This document shows, piece by piece, positions 48,320 to 51,025 of a stretch of DNA of 51,025 nt. The stretch is from NCBI RefSeq assembly GCF_004010195.1, contig NC_057718.1:69851402-69902426 (forward strand), read 5' to 3'. Numbering within the stretch: the first letter of the stretch is position 1; each line of letters begins with the position of its first letter. The notes beneath the pieces are model-generated. The model searched no databases and was not told where the DNA came from. It was given only the letters and a program-made list of their open reading frames with translations. A program made the position numbers and the translations under genes. The stretch is from Chiloscyllium plagiosum (Eukaryota).

Positions 48320-49850
48320 TTCCTCCTTTGCCAAGTCCGAGGATGTAGGCCTGTTCTTTATCTAGTTTTCGCCCCGGAATCAGTTCCTCTGACTCTGACT
48401 TGGACACGAATGGCATGTACAGGATCATAGCCTGTCTCTTGAGCCAGAAGCATCTTAGAATACATTCCTCCTCTTCTGCAGGCAGTGACAGTATCGAGGC
48501 TGTGACATCAGCTGCATCAATCTCAGACTCTGACAGTATGTAATGGAGCCATTTGAACATGCCGAATGCCAATCGACTTTAGGAAATATCCAAAATCTCT
48601 GCCATTGTATGACACCCCATTGGCTATGACCAATACTTGTGGATGTCAATGTCCTGCAAACAGTTTGCCAAATGAAATCTATGCACGTCTAACCAGCTTG
48701 AATGGGGCAGTAGACAAACAGGAGGCTGATTGAAGCTGTAGGCTGCTTCATTAAAACTGCCTCGCTTCAATGCTTGATGGAGAAGAAGAATCCAATGGTT
48801 TCTGACAATCTTTCCAACTGTTCAGAGTGACGGGGAATGTTTATCTTCTGTTGCGTTTGCGAGATAGCAGCTTTCAGGAGATCCGCCTATTTATTCAGGT
48901 CCACCTCACTTTGTATGTCACAAGACTTGACCTCGCATTGACCATGCCTCATCCTTGTGTCGGGCCTTTTCCGTGTTTTTGATACCAAACCTCTTTCCCT
49001 GAAGTAAACTCTCTCTCTTGCATATAGGAGGCATGTGGTTGGCATTGGCATTCTCCTACCCCCCCACCAGGTCTGGGAATATCAAGTTTAAACCGATGCG
49101 GAGTCTGCTCCCTATTAGCTGCTGGAGCTGTCCTTGTAGTTGTGTGAGGAGTGGTCCAATAATCAAACAGGAACCAGGACAGTTTGGCATCGATTGAAGC
49201 TGTAGGCTATTTCATTAAAACTACCTTCAATGTTTGGACTGCTCTTTTTGCCAAAGCATTGGACAATGTATGGCATGGAGCCGTTTGAACATGCCGAATG
49301 CCAATCGACTTTAGGAAATACTCAAAATCTCTGTCCATTGGCTATGACCAATACTTATGGAAGTCAATGTATTGCAAACAGTTTTCCGAATGAAATCTAT
49401 ACACGTCCATCCAGTTTGAATGAGCAGTAGACAAACAGGAGGCTTGAAGAACAGACCAAGCCAGACAGCATCATTAAGGTGGAGAAGTCAACGTTTCAGG
49501 TATGACTTTCCTTCAGGATTAGACATAGGGGAAGGGGGAACTCCAGATAAAGAGAGAAAGAGTTCTTCCTTCCGCCTGTTTGTCTACTTTGAATTCCAGC
49601 ATCTGCAGTTTTTTTGTCTCTCACTTTGAGTGGGCAGCCACAATGATCAAGGACATTGAGCCCGTGAAAGGACCAGGATAGTTGACGTGTGACTGAGTCC
49701 AGGATTTACCCAGCCATTCCCACAAACGTCAGGGAGCTGCTGCCAGTAACTTTTGTCCTTGTTAGCACTCTGGGCTCCACCAACGCGGATATGTCAGCAT
49801 CCTATCCTGGCTACCAGACATGATGTCTTGCCAACATCTTCATTTTTGAG
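48320..49850 (-). mobile_element. Gypsy integrase region, decayed and rearranged
   Basis: KMKMLARHHVW*PG and WEWLGKSWTQSHVNYPGPFTGSMSLIIVAAHSK at about 49622-49845. Confidence 0.85.
49427..49622. mobile_element. Penelope-related fold-back insertion in the integrase
   Basis: AGTAGACAAACAGG / CCTGTTTGTCTACT inverted pair; decayed core CTGAAGG...GAAACGTT on the minus strand at 49490-49516. Confidence 0.7.
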
Positions 49851-51025
49851 AATTACTTACCGGTAGCGGACAGCGGTGTTTTCTCTTTCACTGAAGGAGC
49901 GGGAGCAGTGGAGGAAGTGACGAGGACCAGAGGGGCAGCCGGGAAGGAAAGCAGTGACCATATATATCAGCAAGGCAGCTGTATACTGGAGGTGAGAGTT
50001 GATGCAGATGAGGCAATAGCAAGAGGTAGACCAGCTAGTGGGAAGGATTTTCCGGGGAAGGAACCAAGGGATCAGTTAAAGTGTGTTTGCTTTAACACAA
50101 GGAATATCAGGAATAAAAGTGATGAACTTGGAGCAGTACCTGGTACCATGATGTTGTGGCCATAACAGAGACATGGGTTTCTCAGGGGCAGGAATGGTTG
50201 CTGGATGTTCCAGGCTTTAGAGAATGTAAAAAGAATAGGGAGGCGGGAAAAAGAGGAGGAGCTGTAGCACTACTAATCAGAGAGGGTATCACATTGTCAA
50301 GGAAGATCTGCCGACTGAGTCAGTATGTGTGGAAATTAGGAACAGCAAGGGAACAGTCACCTCGTTAGGGGTTTACTACAGGCCCACCGATAGCAGCAGG
50401 GAGATGGAAGAAAGCATAGGTCGGCAGATTTTGGAAAAGTGTGGACGTAGTAGAATTGTTGTAATGGGTGACTTTAATTTTCCCAATATTGATTGGAACC
50501 TACTTCGAGCAGAAGATCTGAATGGAGCTGTTTTTGTAAGGTGTGTTCAGGAGGGCTTCCTAACTCAGTAGTCAGCAGGCCGACGAGGGGAGAGGCCATT
50601 CTAGACTTGGTGCTCGGAAACGAGCCGGGGCAGGTATCAGATCTTGTGGTGGGAGAGCATTTTGGTGATAGTGACCACAACTGCCTCACATTCTACATAG
50701 CTATGGAGAAGGAAAGGATTAGGCAAAATGGGAGGATATTTAATTGAGGAAGAGGAAACTATGATGCGATTAGACATGAGTTAGGAAGCATGGATTGGGA
50801 GCAATTGTTCCATGATAAAGGCACTATAGACATGAGGAGACTGTTTAAGGAACAGTTGTTGCAAATGATGAATAAATATATCCCTCTGAGACAGGCAAGA
50901 AGGGGCAAGATAAAGGAACATTGGATGACGAGAGTGGTGGAGCTTCTCTTCAAAAGGAAAAGGGTAGCTTACATAAGGTGGAGGAAGCTAGGGTCAAGCT
51001 CAGCTCTACAGGATTACAGGCAGGC
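49850..51025 (+). mobile_element. CR1 5' region and ORF2 endonuclease, runs off the window
   Basis: LKCVCFNTRNIRNK, AITETW, GVYYRP, VMGDFNFPNIDW, AILDLVLGNEPGQV, SDHN; frameshifted. Confidence 0.93.

Overview
Vertebrate genomic DNA, most likely from a shark. This is inferred from HE1-type tRNA-derived SINEs whose 3' ends resemble those of neighbouring CR1/HER1-type LINEs. The window has five assembly gaps and is dominated by nested, mostly decayed retroelements: many CR1 LINE copies of several ages, Mag-like Gypsy LTR elements with recognisable LTRs/PBS/PPT, other Gypsy pol remnants, Penelope-like elements (RT, GIY-YIG), short Penelope-related elements and probable Harbinger remnants. No intact host gene is supported. 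Two observations stand out. (i) A recurrent family of short elements carries minimal hammerhead-ribozyme cores; several copies are fold-back insertions and several have 10-15 bp target-site duplications. (ii) Three or four minus-strand, exon-like unique segments occur, three of them with immunoglobulin-domain-like Cys/Trp spacing, and may be the remains of a decayed multi-Ig gene. Boundaries of old repeats are approximate, and no database search could be run.
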